Assembly: GCA_965246885.1 (NCBI GenBank)
Contig: OZ251992.1
Location: 640,001 to 704,000 of the forward strand
Length of the DNA stretch: 64,000 nucleotides
Source of the DNA: Abditibacterium sp.
GTDB lineage: Bacteria; Armatimonadota; Abditibacteriia; Abditibacteriales; Abditibacteriaceae
Direction of reading: 5' to 3'
Made by a program: the position numbers and the translations under genes. The notes under the pieces were generated by a model. It worked only from the letters and a program-made list of their open reading frames with translations. It did no database searches and was not told the DNA's origin. Positions 41,201 to 50,888 of the stretch are shown here, in pieces; position 1 is the first letter of the stretch, and each line of letters starts with the position of its first letter.

Positions 41201-44200
41201 GCGTGAGGCCATCGGCGGGAGCGCCGTTGCCGGGAAGCACGAGGGCGACTTGGCCCGCCGTGCCGGGAGCAACCACGCTCACTTTGACTTCGCCGCGCGC
41301 GTTGCCGAAGCTGTCGGTTTGGCTCGCGCGCAGTTCGTTGTCGCCCGCCTTGAGCCGCACGGCGATCCACTCCAAGCCCAGTATGCCGCGCGCGGCGTCT
41401 TCGGAGCGGGTGCCGATGCGCTTGCTCGACTGCTCCTCGCCGTTGACGAACAAGTGCACCGTCGCGCCGAGCGTGCCTTTGACGCGCACGTTCAAGGTGT
41501 CGGAGGCGAGCAACTTGCCCGCTTGCAGGTTGAGGATTTGCAGCTTGCCATCGGTCGCGCCTTGGATTTGCTGCTCCAATGTTTCGCCGGACGCGGGCAG
41601 AGCGGGGGCGACGGGTGAGGCGAAGTTGCCGTCGAGCGGCCCGTCGCTCGCGGTGCGGCGCGGCAGCGTATCAATGGCGGAGGGCGCGGAAACGGGCGTT
41701 TTGGCCCCGTCCCGTTCGGCGGAGATGGGCGACTCGTCCGCCGTCGTCCCGGAATCCATCGCGTCGTCCGGCGCGACGGCGACGGGCGTCGGCGCGACGG
41801 CGGCGGGCGTCTTGGATGGGGTGGCGGGCGTCTGGGGCGCGTTGGCGGAAGCGCCGGAGTTAATAACTCCCGACGCAAGGCCGGACTTGTTGAGGACGTC
41901 GGTCGAGCGCAGGATCTGCGGCGCGGCGGGCAAGGGCGAGCGCAAACGGGCGTCCAATTCGGGCACGGCGGGGTCGCCCGCTTTAATGCGGCGCGCGACT
42001 TCGGCGAGGGTGTCCTCGTCGGCATCCACGAGCGCGAAGTCCACTTTGCCCATCTCGCCGTTCTTGAGGTCGGCGAAAGCGGTCTTGCCTTTGCCGCCAT
42101 GCATGACGGTCAAGGATTCGAGCTTGGCCCCGGCGGGCAAGGTGGAAGTGTCTATCTTGACGATGTGGGTGAGGGGAAGCAGCCCATAGATGGAGTATTT
42201 GCCGTCGCGGTCAGTGACGGCGTAGTTGCCGTTTTCCAAAAAGATGCGCGCGCCGGGAACGGGCAATTCATCCTTGTCTTGGCGCGCGTTGTGGTTGGCA
42301 TCCACCCAGACTTTGCCGATGAGGATGGCGCGGGTGGTGAACACGCCGCCTTGGACGTTGACAACGGCAGTGGCTTCGTTGGAAGTAAAGTTGTCAACGG
42401 GCGTCGAAGCCGTCGCCCTCGCGCGGTTGACCGCGCGGCCCACGCTGGCTCCGGCGCCGATGCGGGTGCGGTAACGGATGGTGGTCTGGCTGTTGGCGGC
42501 CAAATCGCCCAAAGAGAAGACGAAAGCGTTGCTGGACAGGATGAGCGGGTCGGGAAGTGCGACTACGCCAGTAGCGGGCGGGATGGCGTCGCGGCGGGCG
42601 GTGCCGGGAACAAAGGTGAAGCCGCGCGCGGGCGTGTCGGTCACGGTCACGCGGGAAAGCGCGGCTCCTGACACGTTGTTGACGGTGAGGGCGTATTCGA
42701 CGGTGCCGCCGATTTCGGCGTCGCGCGCCAAGGCCGCTTTTTGCAAGAAGAGGCCGGTGCCTTGGCGCGCGTCGAGGGGAACATCAAGGCGCACGAAGCC
42801 AGTCGCGGGGACATTGAAAGTGCCGCCGTAGGAACCCGAAGCGTCTATGGCGCGGCCCGCAGGCAACAAGTTGGGCGCGAAACGGGAGGGCGCGGTGTAA
42901 CCGGTCGGGGGAACGATGACCAAGCGGTAAGCGCCGGGAGCAACGGCGGGGAATTGGAAGATGCCGTCGGCGCCAGTGACGACCGTTGAGGGGCGCGGCG
43001 TGACGCCGTCGAAGTCGAACACCTTGGCGGGCAGGCCCGTCGCGGCATCAACCAAGGAGACGCGCGCGCCCGCGACCGGGGCATTGGTGCGCGAATCGAA
43101 AACGACGCCGGACGGGTCAACGAGGATGTTCGTGACCGCTTCCGCCGTGCCGCACCCGCTAAGACGTGCCGTCAGCTGGTCGTTGGCTTGGACTTGCAAG
43201 ACGGAGTCGCCGGGGTTGGGCGCATCGCCCGAAGTCTTGACGGGGCTGTCCACGCGGAACACGCCGGTGTTGGCGCCGGTTTCAGTTGCGCCAACGGTGA
43301 TGGAGTCGCCGGTCTTCTTCGAGGCGATGGTGATTTGGACGTGCTCGGCGACGAGGGGGTCGTTGTTGCACGCGGAGTCCTCGCCTTGCAGATACAAGTT
43401 GCGCCCGACGCCGGTAACTGTTTGGGGGCGCGCGTAAGTGGGGTCGGTGTAGTAGGTGAGGGTGGGCGGGGCGAGGGGAACGCCCACTTGGACGGGGTTG
43501 GAAGGGGTGGAAACGTCCACGTCCACCGTTCCGCCGGTGGTGCCATCGGTCGAGTGCGTCCAAATGACGGCGGTGTTGTTGATGGTGCCCGACGCATTGC
43601 CGTTGATGCGCACGGAAAAGCTGCCGCGCAACGTGGCTTGAGGGGCGAAGGACGACACGCCCCATGCGACGGCGTCAACGGGGAGTTGGGGCGTGGAGGT
43701 GTAGCTTTGCAAGGAGTCGCCCGCGTGGTGATACATCACGACGGAGCCGACATCGGGCGTGCCAACGATCGAGACGAAGGTGGTGTTGGCGGGGATCGTG
43801 TCGCGGAGCACCACATAGGTTTGGGGAATGTTGTCTATGGCAACGGCGATGGGGTCGGGCGAAGCGGCGCCGTTCGAGGTGGCGGTGAGGGCGTAGGTGA
43901 GGATTTGGCCGCGCGTGGCTTGGGCGGGCGTGACGGACTTGGTCACGCTGACGGAGGAGCCGGACGAGACAACGACGCGGTCACTGTTTTGTGCGCTCAC
44001 GTTGGTCGAGGTGGAGCGGGCGGCGATAACGACGTTGGCGCCGCTTTCGGGGCGGGCGCTTGTGGGCACGGTGCCCAGAACGAGGAAATCGGCGGAGTCG
44101 CCGGGGTTCAAAGTGATGGAGTCGCCAAAGTTAAAGGGCGGCTCGCCCGCGTCGGCGATGCCGTTGGAGTTGGTGTCGCGCACCAAGGAAAGGCCGGTCA

Positions 44201-44570
44201 GGTCGTAGTCGTCGCTTGTTGCGTTGGTGACGGTGAGGGTGTAAGTAGAAACGACGTTGCCGGTGTTGGTGAGGCGGTGCGGAAGAGTAACCGATGCACC
44301 GGGGCGCGCGCGGCGGGTGTTGGGCTGCACCAAAGCGAGGGCCTCGACGGGCGAGACGAGCATTTGCACCGCGTTGGAACTGATGCGCTCGGTGCCACCC
44401 TGCGCGATGTAGGAAGCGTCCGCTTGGTTGCGAATGACAGCGCCCGCAGGCGGAGCGAGGGTTTGCGCATGGCTCGCGGGAGCGCAAACCCCGATGAGGA
44501 GGGCCAAGGCCGCCAACACCGGGCGCAAGGCGCGTGTGAAAGCGGGGCTGGATGATGGAATAAAAGACAT
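38286..44570 (-). CDS. Giant DUF11 protein with predicted C-terminal outer-membrane beta-barrel region
   Basis: PAGAVIRNQA N-terminus, two DUF11 units, GKVWVDAN motif, FYPVYGDSS, amphipathic strands ending YLRFRWKF. Confidence 0.8.
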   Translation of the reverse strand: MSFIPSSSPAFTRALRPVLAALALLIGVCAPASHAQTLAPPAGAVIRNQADASYIAQGGTERISSNAVQMLVSPVEALALVQPNTRRARPGASVTLPHRLTNTGNVVSTYTLTVTNATSDDYDLTGLSLVRDTNSNGIADAGEPPFNFGDSITLNPGDSADFLVLGTVPTSARPESGANVVIAARSTSTNVSAQNSDRVVVSSGSSVSVTKSVTPAQATRGQILTYALTATSNGAASPDPIAVAIDNIPQTYVVLRDTIPANTTFVSIVGTPDVGSVVMYHHAGDSLQSYTSTPQLPVDAVAWGVSSFAPQATLRGSFSVRINGNASGTINNTAVIWTHSTDGTTGGTVDVDVSTPSNPVQVGVPLAPPTLTYYTDPTYARPQTVTGVGRNLYLQGEDSACNNDPLVAEHVQITIASKKTGDSITVGATETGANTGVFRVDSPVKTSGDAPNPGDSVLQVQANDQLTARLSGCGTAEAVTNILVDPSGVVFDSRTNAPVAGARVSLVDAATGLPAKVFDFDGVTPRPSTVVTGADGIFQFPAVAPGAYRLVIVPPTGYTAPSRFAPNLLPAGRAIDASGSYGGTFNVPATGFVRLDVPLDARQGTGLFLQKAALARDAEIGGTVEYALTVNNVSGAALSRVTVTDTPARGFTFVPGTARRDAIPPATGVVALPDPLILSSNAFVFSLGDLAANSQTTIRYRTRIGAGASVGRAVNRARATASTPVDNFTSNEATAVVNVQGGVFTTRAILIGKVWVDANHNARQDKDELPVPGARIFLENGNYAVTDRDGKYSIYGLLPLTHIVKIDTSTLPAGAKLESLTVMHGGKGKTAFADLKNGEMGKVDFALVDADEDTLAEVARRIKAGDPAVPELDARLRSPLPAAPQILRSTDVLNKSGLASGVINSGASANAPQTPATPSKTPAAVAPTPVAVAPDDAMDSGTTADESPISAERDGAKTPVSAPSAIDTLPRRTASDGPLDGNFASPVAPALPASGETLEQQIQGATDGKLQILNLQAGKLLASDTLNVRVKGTLGATVHLFVNGEEQSSKRIGTRSEDAARGILGLEWIAVRLKAGDNELRASQTDSFGNARGEVKVSVVAPGTAGQVALVLPGNGAPADGLTPVIVGVKIFDANGNKVSARTFVTLETTAGRWNVPDLNPNEPGVQVAIEGGQATFQLLPPDVPARAVVRVSAGLIQSEGEIAFTPFLRPVLAAGILETQIGFGNKGGGIATSAFERTLNRIGSHNIGTRGAVYLKGSVAGKYLLSVRYDSQSDEEKRLFRDIQPDEFYPVYGDSSLKGFDAQSTSALYVRVDKDNSFALYGDFSSFAARSGASSDANSLSRYSRAFTGVQGHVENKSVSATTFFANESTSRRVVEFRGNGTSGPYSLNDPAIRAQSERVEIITRDRNNPGVTLSIREQARFSDYTLDGFVTGLLFRAPVPSFDENDNPVFIRVTYDVDAGGPKHSVYGGLLQGKISGNLQVGASFVRDNNPDNGGDLYGANAALRLDKNTVIIGEVAHTSGGTLNPGGAGAAVPRSGSAARAELRHDGKNLQVRAFVGQATTGFSNAESVLSNGRGEAGVRASLRVGRDTALSGEAIATKDLTTKTRTTGAQLSIEQGLGQDVRLAAGVRTGKGDQGAVAGGVGTNNVNFTSVFARLNARVPGAPKAGVFVRAEQTLHGGAKSLAVGGDYQLAARTKLYATHEFFQSPLSLYALGDTERRYNSRVGIETQYARGASLFSEYRINGGIDGRQAEAALGLRNTWNLGGGIGVNTSFESTKRLAALAVGVGQTVNTGTDGTAVSIALENLREDALKWTARAERRSGSGSTSTLLNAGFAYAPSRDLTFLGRGAYSQTGSGAGSVLLGSSNRQQTRFQFGAAYRPSRNDRWNALAKYEYRGGDDPDALAARLRRIVHILSGDVNYGTSRSLLAQLHLAAKRATDRDAFNTGTSAYLISGRLTRDFGRRTSASLLASSLWSSPGGRQTAFGLEGSYALTSDLLLSLGYNFENLTERDLLDQTLARGFYLRFRWKFDEDLFNGIGAFNKAPEVSRAKPFVPVENGGYGGGVTFDGGTTAALDGLTGTAGTYSAPRLGN

Positions 44571-44712
44571 CGAACCGATGGAAAAGTCAACGCGCGCCCG
44601 GACTGGGAGGAGACACAAAGCGCGCAAGCCCATAATTCAACATGTTGGCCCTTCTCTGGCGAAAGCGCTCAGAATGGGACGCGAGGAAGCCGATGCGGTA
44701 AACCTTGGCGTT

Positions 44713-45474
44713 ATGAACACCGCCCGCGTCGCCGCGCAGCTTTATACCGTCCGCGACTTTTGCCGCACCCCCGACGACATCGCCCGCTCCCTCGCAAAGG
44801 TGCGCGCCACCGGCTACGAAGCCGTCCAAACGTCGGGCCTTGGCCCCATCGAAGACGCCGCCCTGCGCCGTCTCGCCGACGACAACGGACTTTCCATCTG
44901 CGCCACCCACGAGAGCATCGGCGACATCCTCGACGCCCCCGAACGCGTCATCGAAAAGCTACGCGCCCTCGGTTGCCGCCACACCGCCATTGGCTTTCCG
45001 ACGGGCGTAGACTTGGGGAGCGCCGAGGGCGTCGCGGGCTTCTGCCGCCGCTTCGAGGCCGCCGCCGGGCACTTCGTCGCGGCGGGGATGACTGTTTCCC
45101 ACCACAACCACCACCACGAACTGCGCCGCGTCGCGGGCAAGACTGTCTTGGCGCACATCCTCGACGAGGCGCCAAGCGTCGGCCTCGAACTCGACACCTA
45201 CTGGGTGCAATACGGCGGCGGCTCGCCCGTCGCGTGGAACCGCCGCGCGGCGGGGCGCCTGCCGCTCTTGCACCTCAAGGACTACGCCGTTGGCGACGAC
45301 AACGTTCCCTGCTTTGCCGAGGTTGGAAGCGGCAACTTGGATTGGCCCGACATCCTCGCGTCCGCGCGCGAAGCGGGTTGCGAGTGGTTCATCGTCGAGC
45401 AGGACACCACCCCCGGCGACCCCTTCGATTCGTTGCGGGCTTCGTTCGAGTTCCTCGGCGCGTTGGACGCCTGA
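44713..45474 (+). CDS. Sugar phosphate isomerase/epimerase (xylose isomerase-like TIM barrel)
   Basis: QLYTVRD, HNHHHE, ELDTYW, HLKD, EVGSGNLDW, IVEQD. Confidence 0.88.
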   Translation: MNTARVAAQLYTVRDFCRTPDDIARSLAKVRATGYEAVQTSGLGPIEDAALRRLADDNGLSICATHESIGDILDAPERVIEKLRALGCRHTAIGFPTGVDLGSAEGVAGFCRRFEAAAGHFVAAGMTVSHHNHHHELRRVAGKTVLAHILDEAPSVGLELDTYWVQYGGGSPVAWNRRAAGRLPLLHLKDYAVGDDNVPCFAEVGSGNLDWPDILASAREAGCEWFIVEQDTTPGDPFDSLRASFEFLGALDA

Positions 45475-45507
45475 GCCGCCAAGCGGAACAGCTTTAAACT
45501 GCGCCCC

Positions 45508-47106
45508 ATGAACCCTTGCGTTTTGGGCGTGGATGTCGGAACGGGAAGCGCGCGCGCCGCTTTGTTTGGCGCCGATGGAACACGGCTGGCGACCCACTCG
45601 CGCGCCATCCAAACGTGGCGCGACGGCGCCGACTTCGTCGAGCAATCGAGCGCCGACATCTGGGCCGCCATCTGCGAATGTTCCCGCGCGTGTTTGGCCG
45701 CAAGCGCAGTGGCGCCTGAAAGTGTCGTCGGCCTCTCCTTCGACGCCACTTGTTCCTTGGTGGTCTTGGACGCGGACGGCGGCCCGCTTCCCGTTGGCGC
45801 GCACGGCGACGCGGCGCGCGACATCATCGTGTGGATGGATCACCGCGCCCTCGCCGAAACCGACGAAATCAACGCGGGCGGCTATGACGTGCTCCGCTAT
45901 GTCGGCGGGAAATTGTCGCCGGAAATGCAAACGCCCAAGCTCCTCTGGCTGGAGCGCCACTTGCCCGCGACCTACAACGCCGCAGGATTCTTTTTTGACC
46001 TCGCCGACTTCCTGACCTGGCGCGCGAGCGGCAACCCGTCGCGCTCTTTGTGCACGCTTGTGTGCAAGTGGACGTTTCTGGGCCACGAGAACCGGTGGGA
46101 CGAGTCCTACTTCCGCGCCATCGGCTTGGAGGGCGCGCTCCCCAAAATCGGCTCGGACGTGCGCGTTCCCGGCGCCGATGTGGGCGCGCTCACCCCCGAC
46201 GCCGCGCGCGAACTGGGCCTCACCACCGCGTGCCGCGTCGGGCAAGGCGCCATAGATGCGCACGCGGGCGGATTGGGCTTGCTGGGGGGCGTTGGAAGTG
46301 AGCCGGAACTCTTGGAAACGGCGCTCGCGCTGATTGGCGGCACGAGCAACTGCCACATGGCCGTCTCGAAGAACGCCAAATTTATTCCCGGTGTGTGGGG
46401 GCCGTACTTTGGGGCGATGGTGCCGGGGATGTGGCTTCAAGAAGGCGGTCAGTCGGCGGCGGGCGCGGCCATAGACGCCGTTATCGCGGGTCACGCCGCC
46501 TCCCCCGCGCTCTTCGCGGACGCCGCCGCAAGCGGGCGCACCGTGTACGAACTGCTCAACGCCGAGTTAGAGGGCGCCAATTATTCCCCCTTGGATGGCC
46601 GCGATTTGCACGTTGTCCCCGACTTCTTGGGCAACCGCTCTCCCCGCGCCGACCCGCACGCGCGGGCGCAGTTCGACGGTTTGGCGCTCGACGCTTCGCG
46701 CCTCGACCTCGCCCGCCGCTACGCCGCAACCATCGAAGGCGTCGCGCTGGGCACCCGCGACATTCTGCGCGCCTTGGCCGAGGGCGGCTACCACATCGAA
46801 ACTGTCCTCGTCACCGGCGGCGGCACTAAGAACCCGCTCTGGCTTCAGATTCACGCCGACGCAACGGGCAAAACGCTCGTCCTGCCGCACGAGTCGGAGT
46901 CCGTCCTGCTCGGCGCGGGCATCCTCGCGGCAACGGCGGCGGGGCTGCACCCCGACATCTTCGCCGCCATGCGCGCCATGAGCCGCACCTCCGCCCGCGT
47001 GGAACCCCGCCCGCAACTGCGCGCCTTCTACGATGCCAAGTTCGCCGTCTTCCAAGGGATGATGGCGCAGCAACGCGCGCGGCGGGAGACGATGGCGCAG
47101 GTTTAG
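45508..47106 (+). CDS. FGGY-family pentulose kinase
   Basis: GVDVGTGSARA, FDATCSLV, WMDHRA, GNRSPRADP. Confidence 0.92.
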   Translation: MNPCVLGVDVGTGSARAALFGADGTRLATHSRAIQTWRDGADFVEQSSADIWAAICECSRACLAASAVAPESVVGLSFDATCSLVVLDADGGPLPVGAHGDAARDIIVWMDHRALAETDEINAGGYDVLRYVGGKLSPEMQTPKLLWLERHLPATYNAAGFFFDLADFLTWRASGNPSRSLCTLVCKWTFLGHENRWDESYFRAIGLEGALPKIGSDVRVPGADVGALTPDAARELGLTTACRVGQGAIDAHAGGLGLLGGVGSEPELLETALALIGGTSNCHMAVSKNAKFIPGVWGPYFGAMVPGMWLQEGGQSAAGAAIDAVIAGHAASPALFADAAASGRTVYELLNAELEGANYSPLDGRDLHVVPDFLGNRSPRADPHARAQFDGLALDASRLDLARRYAATIEGVALGTRDILRALAEGGYHIETVLVTGGGTKNPLWLQIHADATGKTLVLPHESESVLLGAGILAATAAGLHPDIFAAMRAMSRTSARVEPRPQLRAFYDAKFAVFQGMMAQQRARRETMAQV

Positions 47107-47115
47107 ACCTCCTTC

Positions 47116-47718
47116 GTGCCAACCCCCATGAAACCCTCTCTCAAACCCCTTGCCACCGCTCTTATCGCGGGCGGCGTCTTGCTGGCGGCGTGGCCCTTTG
47201 GCCAAACGCTGTATGGGCGCTGGAGTCAGCGCAGCCTCGCAGCGCAGTTTCAAAGCGAGGTAAAAGCGCCGTTCAAAGCCGCACCGAGGACGCAAGTTGT
47301 GGCGGTTCCGGCCCCAAAAGTCGCGCCTTGGCCGCTCACCAGAATCACGGCCTCGGACATTAACCTCGATGCTTACGTGGTGCAAGGCTGGGACGACGCG
47401 AGCTTGCGACGCGGGCCGGGGCACTACGAACGCTCGTCCCCACCCGGCGAAGGCAACTGCGTGGTCGCCGGACACCGCAACGTCTATGGCTCCCCGTTTG
47501 GGAACGTGGACAAACTGTATCCGGGGCAGAACATCGTGCTCTCGAACAAAAACGGCACCTACACCTACAGCGTGGACTCCATCGAAACCGCGTCGGCCAG
47601 CGATTGGCGCGTCACCCTTCCGCCCGCGCGCGGAGCGCGCCCCATTCTCACGCTTCTCACCTGCACCTTGCCGCACACCCCCAGCCGCGTCGTGGTGCGG
47701 GCGCTTTTGACGCAATAG
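47116..47718 (+). CDS. Sortase (class D/E-like)
   Basis: N-terminal TM anchor; GPGHY, VAGHR, LTLLTC...R catalytic His/Cys/Arg. Confidence 0.88.
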   Translation: MPTPMKPSLKPLATALIAGGVLLAAWPFGQTLYGRWSQRSLAAQFQSEVKAPFKAAPRTQVVAVPAPKVAPWPLTRITASDINLDAYVVQGWDDASLRRGPGHYERSSPPGEGNCVVAGHRNVYGSPFGNVDKLYPGQNIVLSNKNGTYTYSVDSIETASASDWRVTLPPARGARPILTLLTCTLPHTPSRVVVRALLTQ

Positions 47719-47815
47719 AAAAGCCGCCCTTTGAGGAGCGGCTTGTGCGGGGAGAGGTTTCCCCCCGTCGCGCTTACGAGCGCAACGGGGGAGTTTACAC
47801 GGTTTTCCGGCCCCC

Positions 47816-48934
47816 CTAAAATTCCCGGTCGGAGAACACGAGATATCCAATAAGGAGCAAAACGCCCACATACACCAAGCCGGAACTGCACGCTTTCCAG
47901 ATTTGCGCGAGGGGGATCATGGTGTCCGTCACCATGCTGGAGCGCACGTCAAAGCGATCCATGCGCGGGAGCGCAATGTAGAGAATTTTGACCACACCTT
48001 GCATGGCCCCCGATAGATTGTGAGTGGTGTCCGCGTGCCCTTTGGGAGCGTCTCCGGCACCGAGAGTGCTCCAATACGACGACATCTGGCCGCCGAAATA
48101 CGCGAGGAAGCAGAACGTAATCGCGGTGATAGGGCTAACGATAAGCGAAAGCAGCATCGAAAGCGATCCCAACACAACCAACTGCCCATAGTTGAGCACG
48201 AGCGACTTGAACAGCTGCAGCGTCTCAAAGCCAAGCGTCGCGTAGGGCGCGGTTGCGGTACCCGTCGTCCACGCTCCGCTCCCGTTTTGCTTGAGGTTGA
48301 ACAACACGAACGTCGCCAGAAAAACGCTGCCCAGCACCAGCATGCAAAACAAAAGCGTGAGACACAACCCCAAAAACTTGCCGACCAGAAACTCCAAGCG
48401 GTTGACGGGCTTGGAAAGGATCGTGAAAATTGTGCGCCGCTCGATTTCGGGCGGAACAAGCGTGACGCCCAGAAATATCGAAATCAGCACCGTCATGGCA
48501 ATGATGAAGCCGGTTCCAAAGTCTTGCAAGAAGCGCTGCTCCTCGCCCAACTGCACGAACGTTAGCGAGCCGGAGAACAGCAACACGAGAACGGAGAAGC
48601 CCAAAAAGCCGATGACCCAACGACGACGCAGCGCTTCCAGAAAGGTCGTGACAGCGATGGTTCCGGCTGTAGGGGTGGCGAGCCACGTCAACCCCGCGAG
48701 CACGATGAAGCCGAAGTAATCAATGGTTTCCCCGCCGCGCGGGTTGGACTGATCGAGCGTACGCCAGCCACTCTGGTGATAGAACAGCGCGAAAGCGACG
48801 ATGAGCAGAAGCACAAGGGCTTGCGCCGCGCGCCACGCGGCTGGCACGGGAAGCCCCTGCGTTTCCGACGAGGGCGCGCGCTTGGGTTGCGGTGCGCGCG
48901 CGACATTGGTAGGTAATGATGGATTGGCAGCCAT
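47816..48934 (-). CDS. ABC-2 type transporter permease
   Basis: EIERRTIFTILSKPVNRLEFLVGKFLG; C-terminal FSDREF. Confidence 0.85.
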   Translation of the reverse strand: MAANPSLPTNVARAPQPKRAPSSETQGLPVPAAWRAAQALVLLLIVAFALFYHQSGWRTLDQSNPRGGETIDYFGFIVLAGLTWLATPTAGTIAVTTFLEALRRRWVIGFLGFSVLVLLFSGSLTFVQLGEEQRFLQDFGTGFIIAMTVLISIFLGVTLVPPEIERRTIFTILSKPVNRLEFLVGKFLGLCLTLLFCMLVLGSVFLATFVLFNLKQNGSGAWTTGTATAPYATLGFETLQLFKSLVLNYGQLVVLGSLSMLLSLIVSPITAITFCFLAYFGGQMSSYWSTLGAGDAPKGHADTTHNLSGAMQGVVKILYIALPRMDRFDVRSSMVTDTMIPLAQIWKACSSGLVYVGVLLLIGYLVFSDREF

Positions 48935-49085
48935 AAAAATCGGTCTTCCAAAAGCGGAAGACAAAAAGGGAACACCCGCAGTTTGACGACTTTCGAGAGC
49001 CGCGTGCCGGAAAAAGTGCCAAAGAAGCGTGGCCCAAGGCGCGGGTTTAGCTCTATCGCGGGGCGTGTCACCCTTCAACACCTCT

Positions 49086-49565
49086 ATGGAGTCGCACTCC
49101 AAAGTCGCGGGCCATCCCCTGCACACCATTTTAGTCGCGTTTCCGCTTGGCCTGCTGAGCGCATCGCTGTTCTTTGATGCCAAGGCCAAAATCGGACATT
49201 CGCCCGACGACGCCAAGGTCGCGCGTGCCCTTATCGGCGGCGGCGTCTTGATGGGCCTACTCGCTGCCGCCGTTGGCCTTGTTGACTACCGCGCCATCCC
49301 GACGGGAACGCGCGCCAAAGCCATTGGCACCACGCACGCCTTGGGCAACGTGCTTGTCCTTTCGCTGTTCACGCTTTCATGGCTAAAACGGCGCCCCAAC
49401 GAAACCATGCCCGACAATTCTGCCCTCGCCCTGTCCGCCTTGGGCGGCGCGCTCGCGGGTTTGACCGGCTGGTTGGGAGGAGAACTCGTCTACCGCTTGG
49501 GCATCGGCGTTGACCCTGGCGCCAACCCCGACGCGCCTAATTCCCTTGTAAGCGGCAAAGCGTGA
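49086..49565 (+). CDS. DUF2231-type membrane protein
   Basis: GHPLHTILVAFPLG, HALGN, GWLGGELVYR. Confidence 0.85.
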   Translation: MESHSKVAGHPLHTILVAFPLGLLSASLFFDAKAKIGHSPDDAKVARALIGGGVLMGLLAAAVGLVDYRAIPTGTRAKAIGTTHALGNVLVLSLFTLSWLKRRPNETMPDNSALALSALGGALAGLTGWLGGELVYRLGIGVDPGANPDAPNSLVSGKA

Positions 49566-49620
49566 GGCTTAATTCTTCACTTCAACGGACTACAGGACTC
49601 ATTGGCGCGCGTAGTTCCGT

Positions 49621-49727
49621 CGAAGAATCGCTTCTGTTACCGGCGCAATTATACGCGCCACCGGAAGAATTGTATGCGCCACCGACGCAATGTACGCGCC
49701 GATGGTTGGCGCGTACAATTCATCGGT
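49621..49727. repeat. 21-nt-period array with an inverted last unit
   Basis: GGCGCAATTATACGCGCCACC / GGAAGAATTGTATGCGCCACC / GACGCAATGTACGCGCC, then inverted GGTTGGCGCGTACAATTC. Confidence 0.7.
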
Positions 49728-49739
49728 TCGCCGGGGCCG

Positions 49740-50249
49740 TTACTCCAAGGGTTTGCGCATCAGGACGTTGTTGGACTGGAACTCCAACCGTTCGTAAAGC
49801 TGCTGGGCGCGAGTATTATGCGTGGCAACGGCCAATCCGATGGCGCCGAAGCCGTGTTCGCGCGCGTGCTCCTCGGCGTGATGGATGAGTTTTTGCCCCA
49901 CGCCACAACCGCGATGTTCGGGAAGAACGGTGACGTTATAAATCCACGCTTCATACTCGCCCGTGATGTGGTTGCGGCGCGGCCCGAACCAAAGAAGCCC
50001 CATATTCTTCTCGGTGCGCGTGTCGAAAGCGATGAAGAAGAGGTGCCCTTCTTGCTCCAAGAGCATCTCGTGCGTTTCGAGCAGGCGCGCGCGTAGCTCC
50101 TCGCGGGCGATGTTGGCAAAGTCGGGCGGCAGGCTTTCGAGGGTCGTCTCCTCTTCGACGTGCAAGAAGAAGTCGGCGTCGTCGTCGGTGCCCAAACGAA
50201 TGGCCAACTCGTACTCGTCACACGGCGGGCGAAGCGGAGCTAAAGTCAT
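49740..50249 (-). CDS. GNAT family N-acetyltransferase
   Basis: VLPEHRGCGVG, NTRAQQLYERLEF. Confidence 0.88.
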   Translation of the reverse strand: MTLAPLRPPCDEYELAIRLGTDDDADFFLHVEEETTLESLPPDFANIAREELRARLLETHEMLLEQEGHLFFIAFDTRTEKNMGLLWFGPRRNHITGEYEAWIYNVTVLPEHRGCGVGQKLIHHAEEHAREHGFGAIGLAVATHNTRAQQLYERLEFQSNNVLMRKPLE

Positions 50250-50282
50250 GAGCAGCAGTTTGACGGGTGCGGCCCATCCGCT

Positions 50283-50717
50283 TCAAGCGGTGCAACCCCC
50301 TGAACATTTGCGGCACGAGCGGCACAGCCACTGGTTGAAGCCGTGTGCGCCCATCATCGTCAGGCCGCCCAACACCATGAACACCGGCCCCCACCACCCC
50401 AAATGATGCTCGTGAAACATGCGCCCCGCCACCAACAGCGCGAGCGCAATGCCCAAAACCGCGAACGCGCGCCGCGAGCGATGCTGTTTGAACCCGGCGC
50501 ACAGCGACAAAGTTCCAAGCGTGGCCGAACTGAGTAGGAGCGCCCACTCGACGGGTTCGCTGGCGAGAAAGCTAAGGCCCAAAAGCGGCAACATGGTCAC
50601 GACAAACGGCATGAGGGCGCAGTGAATCGCGCACAGAAACGAGGCGGTCGCTCCCGCTTTGTCCAGTTTCTCGCCGCGCGCCGAATTGTCCAGCGCCCCT
50701 ACTACTTGATTCGCCAT
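50283..50717 (-). CDS. MerC-domain membrane protein
   Basis: LDKAGATASFLCAIHCALMP, GFKQH, C-terminal H..N...C. Confidence 0.82.
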   Translation of the reverse strand: MANQVVGALDNSARGEKLDKAGATASFLCAIHCALMPFVVTMLPLLGLSFLASEPVEWALLLSSATLGTLSLCAGFKQHRSRRAFAVLGIALALLVAGRMFHEHHLGWWGPVFMVLGGLTMMGAHGFNQWLCRSCRKCSGGCTA

Positions 50718-50806
50718 GATGTTTCGCTTATTGATTCCTTTTTCTCAATCCCCGCCAAAAAGAACGCCGGGGGCCTGCGAGAGGTTCCGGCGCGTTTGAA
50801 AAGCCA

Positions 50807-50868
50807 GATTGGAAGAGGTCGTCAGACCCCCTACTCTATCAAAGCGGGGCTACCGCCCTCTTCCAATC
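50807..50868. repeat. REP-like palindrome, degenerate copy
   Basis: GATTGGAAGAGG...AGCGGGGCTACCGCCCTCTTCCAATC; right arm identical to 56744-56769. Confidence 0.8.
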
Positions 50869-50888
50869 GGTCGTTCACTCCGACGCCT

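Noticed and set aside
50283..50717. Mercury resistance operon
   Set aside because: No merA, merR, merT or merP; context points to zinc homeostasis.
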